64,000 nucleotides of DNA, taken from Candidatus Wolfebacteria bacterium GW2011_GWE2_44_13 (GTDB lineage: Bacteria; Patescibacteriota; Minisyncoccia; UBA6257; UBA9933). Location: assembly GCA_001000675.1 (NCBI GenBank), contig LCHW01000001.1:68013-132012 (forward strand), in the 5' to 3' direction. The position numbers and the translations under genes are program-made. Position 1 is the stretch's first letter; each line of letters opens with the position of its first letter. Below are positions 1-8,561 of this stretch, piece after piece. Below the pieces are notes generated by a model. That model was given only the letters and a program-made list of their open reading frames with translations, had not been told where the DNA came from and searched no databases.

Positions 1-318
1 TTTTGGTGTTATGTGACAACCCAAAACTCCTTCTTGCAGCCTACATACTTTTCGCTTCTTGGCTTTATTAATATTCAGAAAAAGGGGACCCCTGTTGGAA
101 TGGAATATCTTCATTTCAGCGTCCAGATGGAGAATTTAATAGGGTCGATGGTGTTTTACGAGGACTATCACCACTTCTCTAAAGGGACTAACTTCTGTAT
201 TGATGGAGGAAAGCTGAAGATACTGGATTATGGCAGTTCTTGCACGGGAGGCATCGTCTTGAAGAGCGGGGCTTCAATCCAAAAGAACTTCAACCCACAG
301 TATCGGTGCGACGAATAA
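1..318 (+). CDS. C-terminal fragment of a protein-kinase-like fold protein (RIO/Kdo-kinase-like); the frame is open from the window start
   Basis: The frame is open from nt 1 and the GTG at 13 is probably internal. Motifs ...HHFSKGTNFCIDGG and KLKILDYG resemble a kinase catalytic loop and a DFG-like DYG. Confidence 0.3.
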   Translation, partial: FWCYVTTQNSFLQPTYFSLLGFINIQKKGTPVGMEYLHFSVQMENLIGSMVFYEDYHHFSKGTNFCIDGGKLKILDYGSSCTGGIVLKSGASIQKNFNPQYRCDE

Positions 319-324
319 CCACCC

Positions 325-352
325 ATGGCCCTGCGGGGCCATTTTTATACCC
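325..352 (+). terminator. Rho-independent terminator hairpin (atggccctgcggggccat + T-run)
   Basis: GC stem-loop followed by ttttta directly after the stop at 318. Confidence 0.5.
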
Positions 353-454
353 CATTTAGAAATACTTGACAAATGGTTTTGGGTATGATTGAGCTCGCTT
401 GACAGGGTTTGGAACCCCTGTTAGCCTTATATCAAGATCCTCGATAAGGGGATT

Positions 455-976
455 TTGTATTGCAACATGAGCAGTAGTAAACGATTTTTAATCGTATTCG
501 CCCTTCTGGGCGCCAATGCCCTCTTTGCAATGAAAGATCTTTCATTCGCTACCCAAGCGGCCAATCCTATCGGATTTAATCCGGTACAAGACATTTTGGC
601 ACTTGAAGGAGCGGTTGTCGCGCAGGCAGCAATGCCTCAACGAGAACCGATCGTTTATTCGAATGACACAAGCACGAGCGAACAGAAGTTCCGCAGTGTG
701 ACTGCCACCGGATATTCAAGTAGTGAGAATGAAACCGATAGCACCCCGTTTCTTACGGCCTCTGGTTCGTATGTACGGGACGGAGTTGCTGCTAGCAACT
801 TCATGCCATTCGGTACCAAATTCAAGTTGCCGAAACTTTTCGGTGACAAGGTATTCACCGTCGAAGACCGGATGAATGCCCGATATAACGGAACCAACTA
901 TGTAGATATTTGGTTTGCGGAGAAGTCGGATGCGATCCGTTTTGGAACGCTCCCGGCGCAAATGGAGATCTTGTAA
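455..976 (+). CDS. Secreted 3D-domain protein (MltA/YuiC-like cell-wall-binding fold)
   Basis: N-terminal signal peptide. The C-terminal segment GTKFKLPKLFGDKVFTVEDRMNARYNGTNYVDIWF matches the 3D (three-Asp) domain pattern. Confidence 0.55.
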   Translation: MYCNMSSSKRFLIVFALLGANALFAMKDLSFATQAANPIGFNPVQDILALEGAVVAQAAMPQREPIVYSNDTSTSEQKFRSVTATGYSSSENETDSTPFLTASGSYVRDGVAASNFMPFGTKFKLPKLFGDKVFTVEDRMNARYNGTNYVDIWFAEKSDAIRFGTLPAQMEIL

Positions 977-1015
977 GGAGGTAAAACATACCTAGTCATT
1001 AATTAGTTTGAGAAT

Positions 1016-1052
1016 AAAAAGAGTCGTGCGCCTAGGGCGTACGGCTCTTTTT
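1016..1052 (+). terminator. Rho-independent terminator
   Basis: Hairpin agagtcgtgcgcc-tagg-gcgtacggctct followed by tttttg. Confidence 0.55.
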
Positions 1053-1126
1053 GTTTGCAATTTTAAAAGGGTGGGTGTATGTTTGGGGTAGAATTTTAAT
1101 AGAGGCATTTCAAAGGAGATATTGCC

Positions 1127-1648
1127 ATGAAACAACCGTTTCGTTTATTTCAGCAACAGATTGATTTTGAGTTTGCTGCACGTGGGTGGCTGTACTGGTC
1201 GCCACTTTCGATTGGCGGACGTCTCATTGAGGAGAAAGGGGAATTGGCCCGGGAGGTTAATCACTGTTATGGCGATAAAAAGAAACGAACCGATGAAGCG
1301 GTGGGTAGTATCGAACTTGAAATCGGAGATGTCGCATATACGCTCTTCTGTCTTGCAAATTCGATGAATTATGTTATTTGCGCAAGCGGTGTGAGAACAA
1401 GCGGATACGGCAACGATCGAAATGACCCGATGTCCTTGCTTAATAGGCTGGATGGGCATGCGGGCAAGTTGAACCATTCACTAGATGAAGAACATACTCG
1501 CGCGACAATTTGTTCGAGGATTTCTATCACGATGAAGGTGCTTCGGGAACTGGCTGAATCGATGGGAGTTAATTTTGAGGATGCTATTAGTAAAAGCATC
1601 ACAAAATCTTTTTCTCGCGACAAAGAGCGGTTTCCTGCTGGGGTTTAA
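1127..1648 (+). CDS. MazG-like nucleotide pyrophosphohydrolase
   Basis: EEKGELAREV...ELEIGDVAYTLFCLA resembles the MazG EExxE/ExxD helical motifs. An SD (aaggagat) precedes the ATG. Confidence 0.5.
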   Translation: MKQPFRLFQQQIDFEFAARGWLYWSPLSIGGRLIEEKGELAREVNHCYGDKKKRTDEAVGSIELEIGDVAYTLFCLANSMNYVICASGVRTSGYGNDRNDPMSLLNRLDGHAGKLNHSLDEEHTRATICSRISITMKVLRELAESMGVNFEDAISKSITKSFSRDKERFPAGV

Positions 1649-1653
1649 AACCA

Positions 1654-1686
1654 AAGACCGTGCGCCTAGGCACACGGTCTTTTTTG
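1654..1686 (+). terminator. Rho-independent terminator
   Basis: Hairpin agaccgtgcgcctaggcacacggtct followed by ttttttg. Confidence 0.6.
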
Positions 1687-1693
1687 CATATAG

Positions 1694-2194
1694 TTATGCA
1701 GTATGGTTAAACGATACAGTGCGTGGATCTTCTCCTTTTAGTATTTTATCTACCATTTCGATTTCCCCGAGAATGCCATCAACAAGATCGTATTCCCTTG
1801 CTTCTTCGTACGTAACCCAAGCAAATTCAACGGCATCGGCGTCAAGTACTACTTCCCCTGAAGCATATGGGCAGTAATAGCTGAGAATGATAGCAGGTGT
1901 GCCATCAGGACGAATAAACGCCATGTCGAGTAGATAATCAACTTTACCAACTTCAAGGTTTACTTCTTCGCGTATTTCGCGGCGGAGAGAATTTTCAATC
2001 GCGAAGTACCAATGATCGGCAGTTGTCTTCGGTGTTTTTGTGTAGTCGTCTGTTTCGAGGCCGCCTCCTGGAACGGTCCACTTATTCGGAAATGCTTTTT
2101 TATGCGGGCTGCGTTTTGTGATTAAAAACTTACCATCTTTATGAATAATGGCAGTAGAAGTGATGCGATGATCTTCTCGGTTTTGTGGTTCCAT
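1694..2194 (-). CDS. NUDIX hydrolase
   Basis: Nudix box GGGLETDD...ENSLRREIREEVNLEVG (REx2EExGU). The likely start is MEPQNRED, 12 codons inside the track ORF. Confidence 0.75.
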   Translation of the reverse strand: MEPQNREDHRITSTAIIHKDGKFLITKRSPHKKAFPNKWTVPGGGLETDDYTKTPKTTADHWYFAIENSLRREIREEVNLEVGKVDYLLDMAFIRPDGTPAIILSYYCPYASGEVVLDADAVEFAWVTYEEAREYDLVDGILGEIEMVDKILKGEDPRTVSFNHTA

Positions 2195-2248
2195 GGATAT
2201 AGTATATAGGAAAAGCAAAAAACAGGTCAAAGGACCTGTTTTTGTTTG

Positions 2249-2322
2249 CGCACTCGGCCGGGCTCGAACCGGTAACCTCCCGCGTGACAGGCGGGTGCTC
2301 TAACCAATTGAGCTACGAGTGC
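2249..2322 (-). tRNA. tRNA-Asp (anticodon GTC)
   Basis: Reverse complement is GCACTCG TA GCTC AATTGGTTA GAGC A CCCGC CTGTCAC GCGGG AGGTT ACCGG TTCGAGC CCGGC CGAGTGC G. It folds as a cloverleaf with a 7-bp acceptor stem, anticodon loop CUGUCAC and a TTCGAGC T-loop. Confidence 0.85.
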
Positions 2323-2476
2323 ACTCTGTTTACACAGTGACACTATTGTATAGTAGAGTATGGCCTTTAGTCAATCGTGAAAGCTCGTAAGCTCGTAAGA
2401 AAAGAAGCTCATAAGGGAATGCAAAATTCGCATATATACTTGGCTATTAGGCTTGTTTGAGGGAATAATTATGGGG

Positions 2477-2511
2477 TTGACATACCCCCACGGGGTATGT
2501 AATATAGTGCT
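2477..2511 (+). promoter_or_regulatory. Sigma70-type promoter (TTGACA-17-TAATAT) with an embedded CsoR-type operator palindrome ATACCCC-CAC-GGGGTAT; the transcript is probably leaderless
   Basis: -35 at 2477-2482, -10 at 2500-2505, and the ATG at 2512 is only 6 nt downstream. A perfect 7-bp inverted repeat fills the spacer. Confidence 0.6.
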
Positions 2512-2754
2512 ATGGTACAGCAAAAAGGGGCGACAAATAAAAAAGATATTCTTGATCGGATTGCCCGTATCGAAGGGCAATTGCGTGGTGTTCGCAGTAT
2601 GATTGAGGAGGAGCGAGGATGCGTGGACGTTATTACGCAAATATCAGCCATTCGTCAGTCATTGTCGAGTACGGGAATAGAATTGCTAAAAGAAGATGCG
2701 CAGTGTAAAAATTTAGATGCAGAATACTTAAAAGCATTATTTAAAATAAGTTAA
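2512..2754 (+). CDS. csoR: CsoR/RcnR/FrmR-family metal-sensing transcriptional repressor
   Basis: LDRIARIEGQLRGVRSMIEEERGCVDVITQISAIRQSL matches the DUF156/CsoR signature RIEGQxRGxxRMIEEDRYCxDIL. Conserved Cys and a C-terminal Cys are present. Confidence 0.7.
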   Translation: MVQQKGATNKKDILDRIARIEGQLRGVRSMIEEERGCVDVITQISAIRQSLSSTGIELLKEDAQCKNLDAEYLKALFKIS

Positions 2755-2884
2755 CCTACCTATTTAACGAATTACTTTGTTGCGGGCCCCTGTTACCTCG
2801 GTCGTCGTACAATCAGCACGCCTTCCTCAGTAACCTTCCCGCGCCTCGTACTTCATTAAATATGTGAGTTAACTAAATATCGTT

Positions 2885-3226
2885 ATGAAAAAACCAATTG
2901 AAGTTACATTTGAAAATTTTAAGGAAGAAGTGCTTGAGTCAGATATGCCAGTGCTGGTAGATTTTTGGGCACCGTGGTGTGGGCCGTGTGTTATGATGAT
3001 CCCTGTGCTCGATGCGCTTTCCGCTGAGATGGGTGATCAGGTAAAAATCGCAAAGCTGAATGTGGATGATGCGACTGCGCATGAGATTGCATCAGAGTAC
3101 CATATTCAAAGCATTCCCAATATGCATTTGTTTAAGGGTGGAAAGTCGGTAAAAAGTTTTGTGGGATATCGACCAAAGGAAGTGCTTGCAGAAGAGCTGC
3201 GAGAGGCGCTCGCTAGCGACAGGTAA
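2885..3226 (+). CDS. trxA: Thioredoxin
   Basis: WAPWCGPC active site; about 110 aa. Confidence 0.9.
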   Translation: MKKPIEVTFENFKEEVLESDMPVLVDFWAPWCGPCVMMIPVLDALSAEMGDQVKIAKLNVDDATAHEIASEYHIQSIPNMHLFKGGKSVKSFVGYRPKEVLAEELREALASDR

Positions 3227-3250
3227 TAGGGAATGATGTAAAATCACTAT

Positions 3251-4189
3251 ATGGAAATTACGAAACAAGAACCACAGATATTTGATACGGCTATTGTTGG
3301 CGCTGGTCCTGCTGGGCTTTCTGCCGCAGTGTACCTTTCTCGCTACGCGTTAAAGCCAATTGTTATTGGTGAGCTATTTGGCGGTACTGCCACGAAATCA
3401 CATGAAATAGGAAACTGGCTGGGGGATGAAAAAATAGCTGGATTTGATTTTGCAAAAAAGGCTATTGAACATGCAAAGAGCTACGGTGTTCCGTTTGAAG
3501 TCGCTCGTGTGCGCGGAGTTGAGAAAGAGGATCTTTTATTCGCACTCGAGTTAGATAATGGAACAATGGTGCATGCTCGATCTGTTTTGCTTGCTACTGG
3601 CACAGAGCATAGACATTTGAATATTCCAGGAGAGCAAGAATTTTCAGGGAAAGGCGTTTCTTTTTGTGCAACATGTGACGGGTTTTTCTTTGGAGATAAA
3701 ACAGTTGTGGTTGTTGGAGGAAGTGACAGCGCTGCTATCTCTGCGTTGTATCTCGCCGATATTGCTAAAAAAGTGTACGTAATTTATCGCGGAGAAGAAC
3801 TGCGGGCGGAACCGTTTTGGAAAAAGCGCATAGCAGAAAATGAAAAAATAGAAGTTGTCTATAATACAAATATTACTGAAATAAAAGGGGAGGCAACTGT
3901 CAGTGAAATTGTGCTTGATCGGGAGTATGATGGAGCTCAGTCAATTGCAGTGGATGGTGTATTTGTTGAGATAGGAGCTGACCCGAAGATTGATTTTGCC
4001 GAGGCACTACAACTACAGATTGATAATGAAGGATATGTCGTTGTTGATAAGGGCTGTATGACTTCGGCTGATGGCGTTTGGGCTGCGGGCGATATTACGA
4101 CAGGGTCTAATAAGTTTAAGCAAATTGTCACTGCCGCTTCTGAGGGAGCGATCGCCGCAAATGGAATACAGATGTGGTTGAAAAGATAA
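3251..4189 (+). CDS. trxB: Thioredoxin-disulfide reductase
   Basis: FAD-binding GAGPAGLSAA, redox-active CATCDG, and NADPH-binding GGSDSA motifs. Confidence 0.85.
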   Translation: MEITKQEPQIFDTAIVGAGPAGLSAAVYLSRYALKPIVIGELFGGTATKSHEIGNWLGDEKIAGFDFAKKAIEHAKSYGVPFEVARVRGVEKEDLLFALELDNGTMVHARSVLLATGTEHRHLNIPGEQEFSGKGVSFCATCDGFFFGDKTVVVVGGSDSAAISALYLADIAKKVYVIYRGEELRAEPFWKKRIAENEKIEVVYNTNITEIKGEATVSEIVLDREYDGAQSIAVDGVFVEIGADPKIDFAEALQLQIDNEGYVVVDKGCMTSADGVWAAGDITTGSNKFKQIVTAASEGAIAANGIQMWLKR

Positions 4190-4239
4190 TGGGTAAGAGA
4201 CAAGAGATGAGAGGTGAGAGATAGGGGGGGAAAAGAAAA

Positions 4240-4265
4240 GGCCGGCGTAAGCGCCGGCTTTTTGT
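4240..4265 (+). terminator. Rho-independent terminator
   Basis: gccggcg-taa-gcgccggc followed by tttttg. Confidence 0.7.
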
Positions 4266-4272
4266 TGAGGGA

Positions 4273-4581
4273 TTATTTACGTTCCCCGATTTGGTAGGAG
4301 ATGGCACCGTCATGGCAGTTAACGCTAATGACCGGCATTCCCGTAATTAGTCCGATGAATTCAGCGACTTCGAGCGCAATGTGTTGCATGTCATCGACAC
4401 TCATTGTGCCAGGGTTTGTAAAGATGTATTTACGACAACCCTCGAGTGTTTCGAGGTAGCTGTCTCCTGGTCTCCGGATGTACACGCCGTCGATGTCGTG
4501 CTTAACGACATCGCCTGTACGAATAGCCGTTTTCCCGAGGAGTGCTGTTTTAAACGCCGCCCTTGTCCGAATTGGCTTCAT
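4273..4581 (-). CDS. Hypothetical protein
   Basis: 102-aa ORF with a 4-nt start/stop overlap with the downstream zinc-ribbon gene (operon-like). No family recognised. Confidence 0.4.
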   Translation of the reverse strand: MKPIRTRAAFKTALLGKTAIRTGDVVKHDIDGVYIRRPGDSYLETLEGCRKYIFTNPGTMSVDDMQHIALEVAEFIGLITGMPVISVNCHDGAISYQIGERK

Positions 4582-4775
4582 AGGTGTACGCTTTCCGGTA
4601 AGAGGTTTTTAAGCGGTTCTCCGCAGATAGGGCATTTGCCATCCGCGGGTGTGCATTGGACGCAAAAGCGATGTCCGTTTATGCATACCGTGCCAGTTCC
4701 CCGAGGTGACTCAGGGCAGAGCGCACATTGCAGAAGTACGGAAGAGTGGAACTCCTTTTCTTTACACTTTGCCAT
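4578..4775 (-). CDS. Small zinc-ribbon protein (three CxxC pairs)
   Basis: Likely start is MAKCKEKE, with a GGAGG SD 6 nt upstream (reverse complement of 4782-4786). CALC...CING...CVQC...CPIC Cys pairs. Confidence 0.5.
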   Translation of the reverse strand: MAKCKEKEFHSSVLLQCALCPESPRGTGTVCINGHRFCVQCTPADGKCPICGEPLKNLLPESVHL

Positions 4776-4854
4776 GTTGGCCTCCTCGATTGTAGAATAA
4801 TGATACTGATTATTGTATAGCAACTTCATTGACGGGTGTCAATAAAAAATGAAA

Positions 4855-4883
4855 TTGACATTGTTTGCCAATAGTTCTATATA
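4855..4883 (+). promoter_or_regulatory. Sigma70-like promoter TTGACA-17-TATATA, with an overlapping inverted repeat tgtcaat-N10-attgaca
   Basis: Consensus hexamers about 50 nt upstream of the 4935 start. Confidence 0.45.
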
Positions 4884-4934
4884 TGTATCAGTAACTACGT
4901 ATTTTAACCCACATAACGATTATGGGAGGCAGGT

Positions 4935-5339
4935 ATGCGACAGCGTTGGGTTTGGATTGCGGTAAAAGCTTTTTTGTTTAAACTAGTACTCGCTGAGCTG
5001 TTTGTTATTATTGCGGCGTTTGTGTCTACATGGGCGGTACTTCTCATAATCGCATGTATGCCGGCGCAAATTAATGTTCCCTATGGCATCCTGTACTTTG
5101 AGCTATGGCTTGTGCTAACAGTCTGCGCGCCCTTTTCAATTGGGTATGCCCTTTGGGATAAAGTCCTCCTGATTAAGCGGCTCGCTCAGGATTGGGATGT
5201 TCCCCGCGAAGACGTGGCGTATGCCATCTGTACGAAGTCGTTACACAAGGAAGAGGGCTTCGACGAATGGGATCGGGGCACATTTCTGCAGTGTTTGCAG
5301 AACGAGCGTGATAGGGACAAGCGGCGAAAAAAATGCTAG
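4935..5339 (+). CDS. Hypothetical membrane protein (2 TM)
   Basis: GGGAGG SD. Hydrophobic N-terminal half and basic C-terminus. Confidence 0.45.
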   Translation: MRQRWVWIAVKAFLFKLVLAELFVIIAAFVSTWAVLLIIACMPAQINVPYGILYFELWLVLTVCAPFSIGYALWDKVLLIKRLAQDWDVPREDVAYAICTKSLHKEEGFDEWDRGTFLQCLQNERDRDKRRKKC

Positions 5340-5356
5340 CGTCCTCTCTCTGGATT

Positions 5357-5384
5357 ACGGCCCCGCAACGCGGGGCTTTTTTTG
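5357..5384 (+). terminator. Rho-independent terminator
   Basis: cggccccgc-aa-cgcggggc followed by ttttttt. Confidence 0.7.
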
Positions 5385-5426
5385 CTGCTTTATTAATGCC
5401 GCCACTCAGTTTATAATGAAACAACT

Positions 5427-7259
5427 ATGATGAAATTTTTAACCAAGAATATACTATGGGCTGTGGGAATCTTTTTTGTAATTGCGATGTTATTTTCGCT
5501 TGCATACAAAGAAACAAAAGAGCCGATACAGATGACGCTCGATCAGGTTGCAACGAAAATTAATGCAAGTGAAGTTTCACAACTTGTGGTTAGTGGAGAC
5601 GCGCTTGAAATTGAATTAAAAAATGGCGATAAGGGAGTCTCGAAAAAAGAAGCAGAAGCAGGACTTACAGAAACGCTCACAAATTACGGCGTTACTCCTG
5701 AAGCGCTGCAACAAATTAGCTTCTCGGTAAAAGATGAATCTGGATTTAAATTTTGGATGGCTGCATTGCTTCCAATCTTACTCCCCATCCTTATTATTGG
5801 CGTAATCTTCTTCTTTGTATTTCGCCAAGCAAAAGGTGGTGCGAACCAAGCGTTTATGTTTGGAAAGGCAAAGCTGAAAATGTTCACACCGTTTAAGGGG
5901 ACGGTTTCGTTTGAAGATGTTGCCGGATTGAAAGAAGCAAAACAGGAGTTGATGGAAGTTGTGGATTTCTTAAAAAATCCAAAAAAATATCTTGCAATGG
6001 GGGCGAAGATTCCTCGAGGAGTTTTGTTGCTCGGTGCACCAGGATGTGGAAAAACATTATTAGCACGAGCAGTTGCTGGACAAGCGGGCGTACCATTTTT
6101 CCATATATCTGCTTCTGAGTTTGTTGAAATGTTTGTTGGTGTTGGAGCTTCGCGTACACGTGATGCTTTTGAAACCGCTAAAAAGGCAGCTCCTTCTATT
6201 TTGTTTATTGATGAAATTGATGCGATAGGGCGAGAGCGTGGTTCGGGCATGGGCGGAGGACATGATGAGCGAGAACAGACACTCAACCAGATTCTTGTAG
6301 AAATGGATGGGTTTGAAAAGGACACCAATGTTATAGTGCTTGCGGCCACTAACCGACCAGATATTCTTGATGCAGCATTACTCCGCGCTGGGCGATTCGA
6401 TCGACGTGTTGTTGTAGACCTTCCGACGATTGAAGATCGGGAAGCCATCTTGGCAATTCATGGGCGAGGAAAGCCACTCGCAAAAGATGTTGATCTAAAA
6501 CAAATCGCTACGAGAACACCAGGATTCTCTGGAGCAGACTTAGAAAATATCATGAATGAAGCTGCTATTCTTGCGGCACGAAAAGGAGAGAAGACAATTA
6601 TTCAACTTGATTTGTATGAGGCAGTTGAAAAAGTTTTGCTTGGACCTGAACGAAAGAGCAAAGTTATTTCACAGCGAGAAAAAGAAATTACTGCATATCA
6701 TGAAGCAGGACATGCGCTTGTGGGGTCTTCGTTGAAGCATGCAGATCCGGTACATAAAATATCAATTATTGCTCGTGGACATGCGGGGGGGTATACATTG
6801 AAGTTGCCTACCGAGGAGATGTTCTTAAAAACGCGACAGCAATTCTTAGCGGAAATCGCAACGTTGTTCGGCGGCTATGTTGCTGAACAAGTTATGTTTG
6901 GTGACAACTCAACAGGTGCGTCAAACGATTTGCAGCGTGCATCAGATATGGCGCGCCGATTGGTTACGAAATACGGTATGAGTGATAAGCTTGGTCCGCA
7001 AACATTCGGGAAAACGCACGAGTTGATGTATCTCGGAAAAGAAGTTGGCAATGAAAAGAATTATTCCGAAAAGACCGCAACTGATATCGATGCAGAAGTA
7101 AAAGGTTTTATCGATCGTTCATATTTGGTTGCAAAAAAGATTGTCGCTTCACGAAAAGATGCACTTGAAGCAATCGCAAAACGCCTTATTGAAAAAGAGA
7201 CACTTGAGAAAGAAGAATTCGATGTTATGTTAAAGGAGCTGAAGGTGAAGAAGGCATAA
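5427..7259 (+). CDS. ftsH: ATP-dependent zinc metalloprotease FtsH
   Basis: N-terminal TM, Walker [12 protein letters not shown] region, and the HEAGHAL zinc motif. Confidence 0.95.
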   Translation: MMKFLTKNILWAVGIFFVIAMLFSLAYKETKEPIQMTLDQVATKINASEVSQLVVSGDALEIELKNGDKGVSKKEAEAGLTETLTNYGVTPEALQQISFSVKDESGFKFWMAALLPILLPILIIGVIFFFVFRQAKGGANQAFMFGKAKLKMFTPFKGTVSFEDVAGLKEAKQELMEVVDFLKNPKKYLAMGAKIPRGVLLLGAPGCGKTLLARAVAGQAGVPFFHISASEFVEMFVGVGASRTRDAFETAKKAAPSILFIDEIDAIGRERGSGMGGGHDEREQTLNQILVEMDGFEKDTNVIVLAATNRPDILDAALLRAGRFDRRVVVDLPTIEDREAILAIHGRGKPLAKDVDLKQIATRTPGFSGADLENIMNEAAILAARKGEKTIIQLDLYEAVEKVLLGPERKSKVISQREKEITAYHEAGHALVGSSLKHADPVHKISIIARGHAGGYTLKLPTEEMFLKTRQQFLAEIATLFGGYVAEQVMFGDNSTGASNDLQRASDMARRLVTKYGMSDKLGPQTFGKTHELMYLGKEVGNEKNYSEKTATDIDAEVKGFIDRSYLVAKKIVASRKDALEAIAKRLIEKETLEKEEFDVMLKELKVKKA

Positions 7260-7299
7260 ATGCGAGATGCGAGATGAGAGGTAAGAGATGAGGAATTAA

Positions 7300-7330
7300 A
7301 AAGCGGTTCGCCTTGGCGAACCGCTTTTTG
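7300..7330 (+). terminator. Rho-independent terminator
   Basis: gcggttcgcc-ttg-gcgaaccgc followed by tttttg. Confidence 0.7.
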
Positions 7331-7352
7331 AGTATCCCCAAGTTTTTAGTAT

Positions 7353-7576
7353 TGTCATTCCGGCCTATGCCTGCCTGCCGGTAGGCAGGAGCCGGAATCT
7401 AGTATTCCGCATTGTCATCCTGAGCTTGTCGAAGGATCTGTAGTATGTAAATCATATTCCTCGATAAACTCGGGATGACAGCGCTTCCGGATTGTCATCC
7501 CGTACACAGTTTACGCTGGGTTTATCGAAGTGATACGGGATCCAGGACCCTGTCATTCCCGCGGAGGCGGGAATCC
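7353..7576. repeat. Tandem array of four different hairpin repeats, each led by TGTCAT (7353-7400, 7413-7438, 7493-7543, 7551-7576)
   Basis: Each unit is TGTCAT + stem + loop + complementary stem + C, with unrelated stem sequences. The last unit is the canonical tgtcattcccgcggaggcgggaatc. Confidence 0.7.
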
Positions 7577-7875
7577 ATCTTTTCGTACTTTTTCAAAAAA
7601 GTACGTCAAAAACTTCGAGCGCCGAAAATGGCGGAATAGGCTCGAAAATTTCTAACAAAACTACGAACTCGCTCCTGCGCACCGCTCAGACACCGCAGTT
7701 TTTGAGGAAATTTTTGTCGCCCATTTTGTCCGCCATTTTTACGGATGCTCGGGGGATGTGGGTAAAGAAGGTGGTTTTTGATCCGAAATATTCCCATGTT
7801 CGTAAAAGAGGGGACGCTCTTTCGGAGGGCGTTTTTACAGGCTCATGCGTAAAATACAAAAGAAGGGCACTTGAA
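7577..7875. repeat. Composite roughly 300-bp intergenic repeat element (variant b); related copies at 49267-49590 and elsewhere
   Basis: Shares long identical blocks with 49330-49590 (cgccgaaaatggcggaataggct...ctaacaaaactacgaactcgctcctgcgcaccgctcagaca) and the 3' end atccgaaatattcccatgttcgta with copies at 47.8, 51.2 and 54.3 kb. Confidence 0.7.
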
Positions 7876-7907
7876 GATTATTTTCAAGTAAAGTATAAAT
7901 AAGAGGC

Positions 7908-7980
7908 GCGCCTATAGCTCAGTTGGTAGAGCATCTCGCTTATACCGAGACGGTCCTAGGTTCGAGTCCTAGTGGGCGCA
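7908..7980 (+). tRNA. tRNA-Ile (anticodon TAT)
   Basis: GCGCCTA TA GCTC AGTTGGTA GAGC A TCTCG CTTATAC CGAGA CGGTC CTAGG TTCGAGT CCTAG TGGGCGC A folds as a clean cloverleaf with anticodon loop CUUAUAC. Confidence 0.8.
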
Positions 7981-7984
7981 CAGT

Positions 7985-8335
7985 ATGCAATTATATCTTG
8001 CAATTTTGGCAAAATTTCCTGTGGGCGTGCTTTTAACGCTAGCCGCTGGTTCGGTTATTGTGGGGGATTATTTTGGGAAATTATGGTCCACGCAGCAAAG
8101 GCCGTTATTTTTAGTAATTGCTTTTCTGGGTTATTTTGGATCGGGATTTTTTTATCTCCCTACGCTTTTGCGCGAAGGACTTTTAGTTACTTCAATTATT
8201 TGGAGCCTTCTATCTATTGTTGGGTTTATGGTTATCGGGTTGCTTATTTTTAAGGAAACATTAACCGGTATACAAGCCGTTGGAGTTGGATTTGGAGTAA
8301 TCTCTTTGGTTATTCTTGCTTTTGCATCTCACTGA
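7985..8335 (+). CDS. Small 4-TM membrane protein, SMR/DMT-like
   Basis: 116 aa with four hydrophobic helices; size and topology typical of the SMR/EamA half-transporter family. Confidence 0.4.
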   Translation: MQLYLAILAKFPVGVLLTLAAGSVIVGDYFGKLWSTQQRPLFLVIAFLGYFGSGFFYLPTLLREGLLVTSIIWSLLSIVGFMVIGLLIFKETLTGIQAVGVGFGVISLVILAFASH

Positions 8336-8355
8336 TGTGCGACGTACAATAGAAG

Positions 8356-8391
8356 CATATGGATATATTTTCCCATGGGCTTTGGGCGGGG
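8356..8391 (+). repeat. 36-bp direct repeat (copy 1), identical to 9339-9374; it is a truncated duplicate of the 5' end of the 9341 gene
   Basis: catatggatatattttcccatgggctttgggcgggg occurs twice. Copy 1 encodes MDIFSHGLWAG and hits a stop after 7 further codons. Confidence 0.8.
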
Positions 8392-8561
8392 ACGAATACA
8401 CAAATTTGTTTTAATTTATAAACTTTTTATAACAATGAAATTGCCACTCTGGGGTTTAAGGAGCTTCTAAGGCAAGCGATAAATTTCCATTGACATTCTT
8501 TGTAAGAAATGGTTACATCACATCAGTACTACATATAAAAAATATCTTAGTGGAGGTTGTC

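Noticed and set aside
366-440. Two TTGACA boxes upstream of the 3D-domain gene as a promoter
   Set aside because: No acceptable -10 hexamer at 16-18 bp spacing from either box. Left uncalled.
4273-4581. Assignment of the 102-aa protein to PanD, SpeH (pyruvoyl decarboxylase) or tautomerase families
   Set aside because: The motif comparison (MPVISVNCHDGAIS) did not convincingly match any of these, so it stays hypothetical.
5684-6448. 254-aa minus-strand ORF inside ftsH
   Set aside because: It is antisense to a confidently identified gene and has Ser/Arg/Pro-rich low-complexity composition typical of a spurious frame.
7353-7576. Possible CRISPR array (regularly spaced repeats of about 60 bp)
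   Set aside because: The repeat units differ in sequence (only the TGTCAT frame is shared). They are individually palindromic hairpins, not identical direct repeats with unique spacers. No cas genes are nearby.
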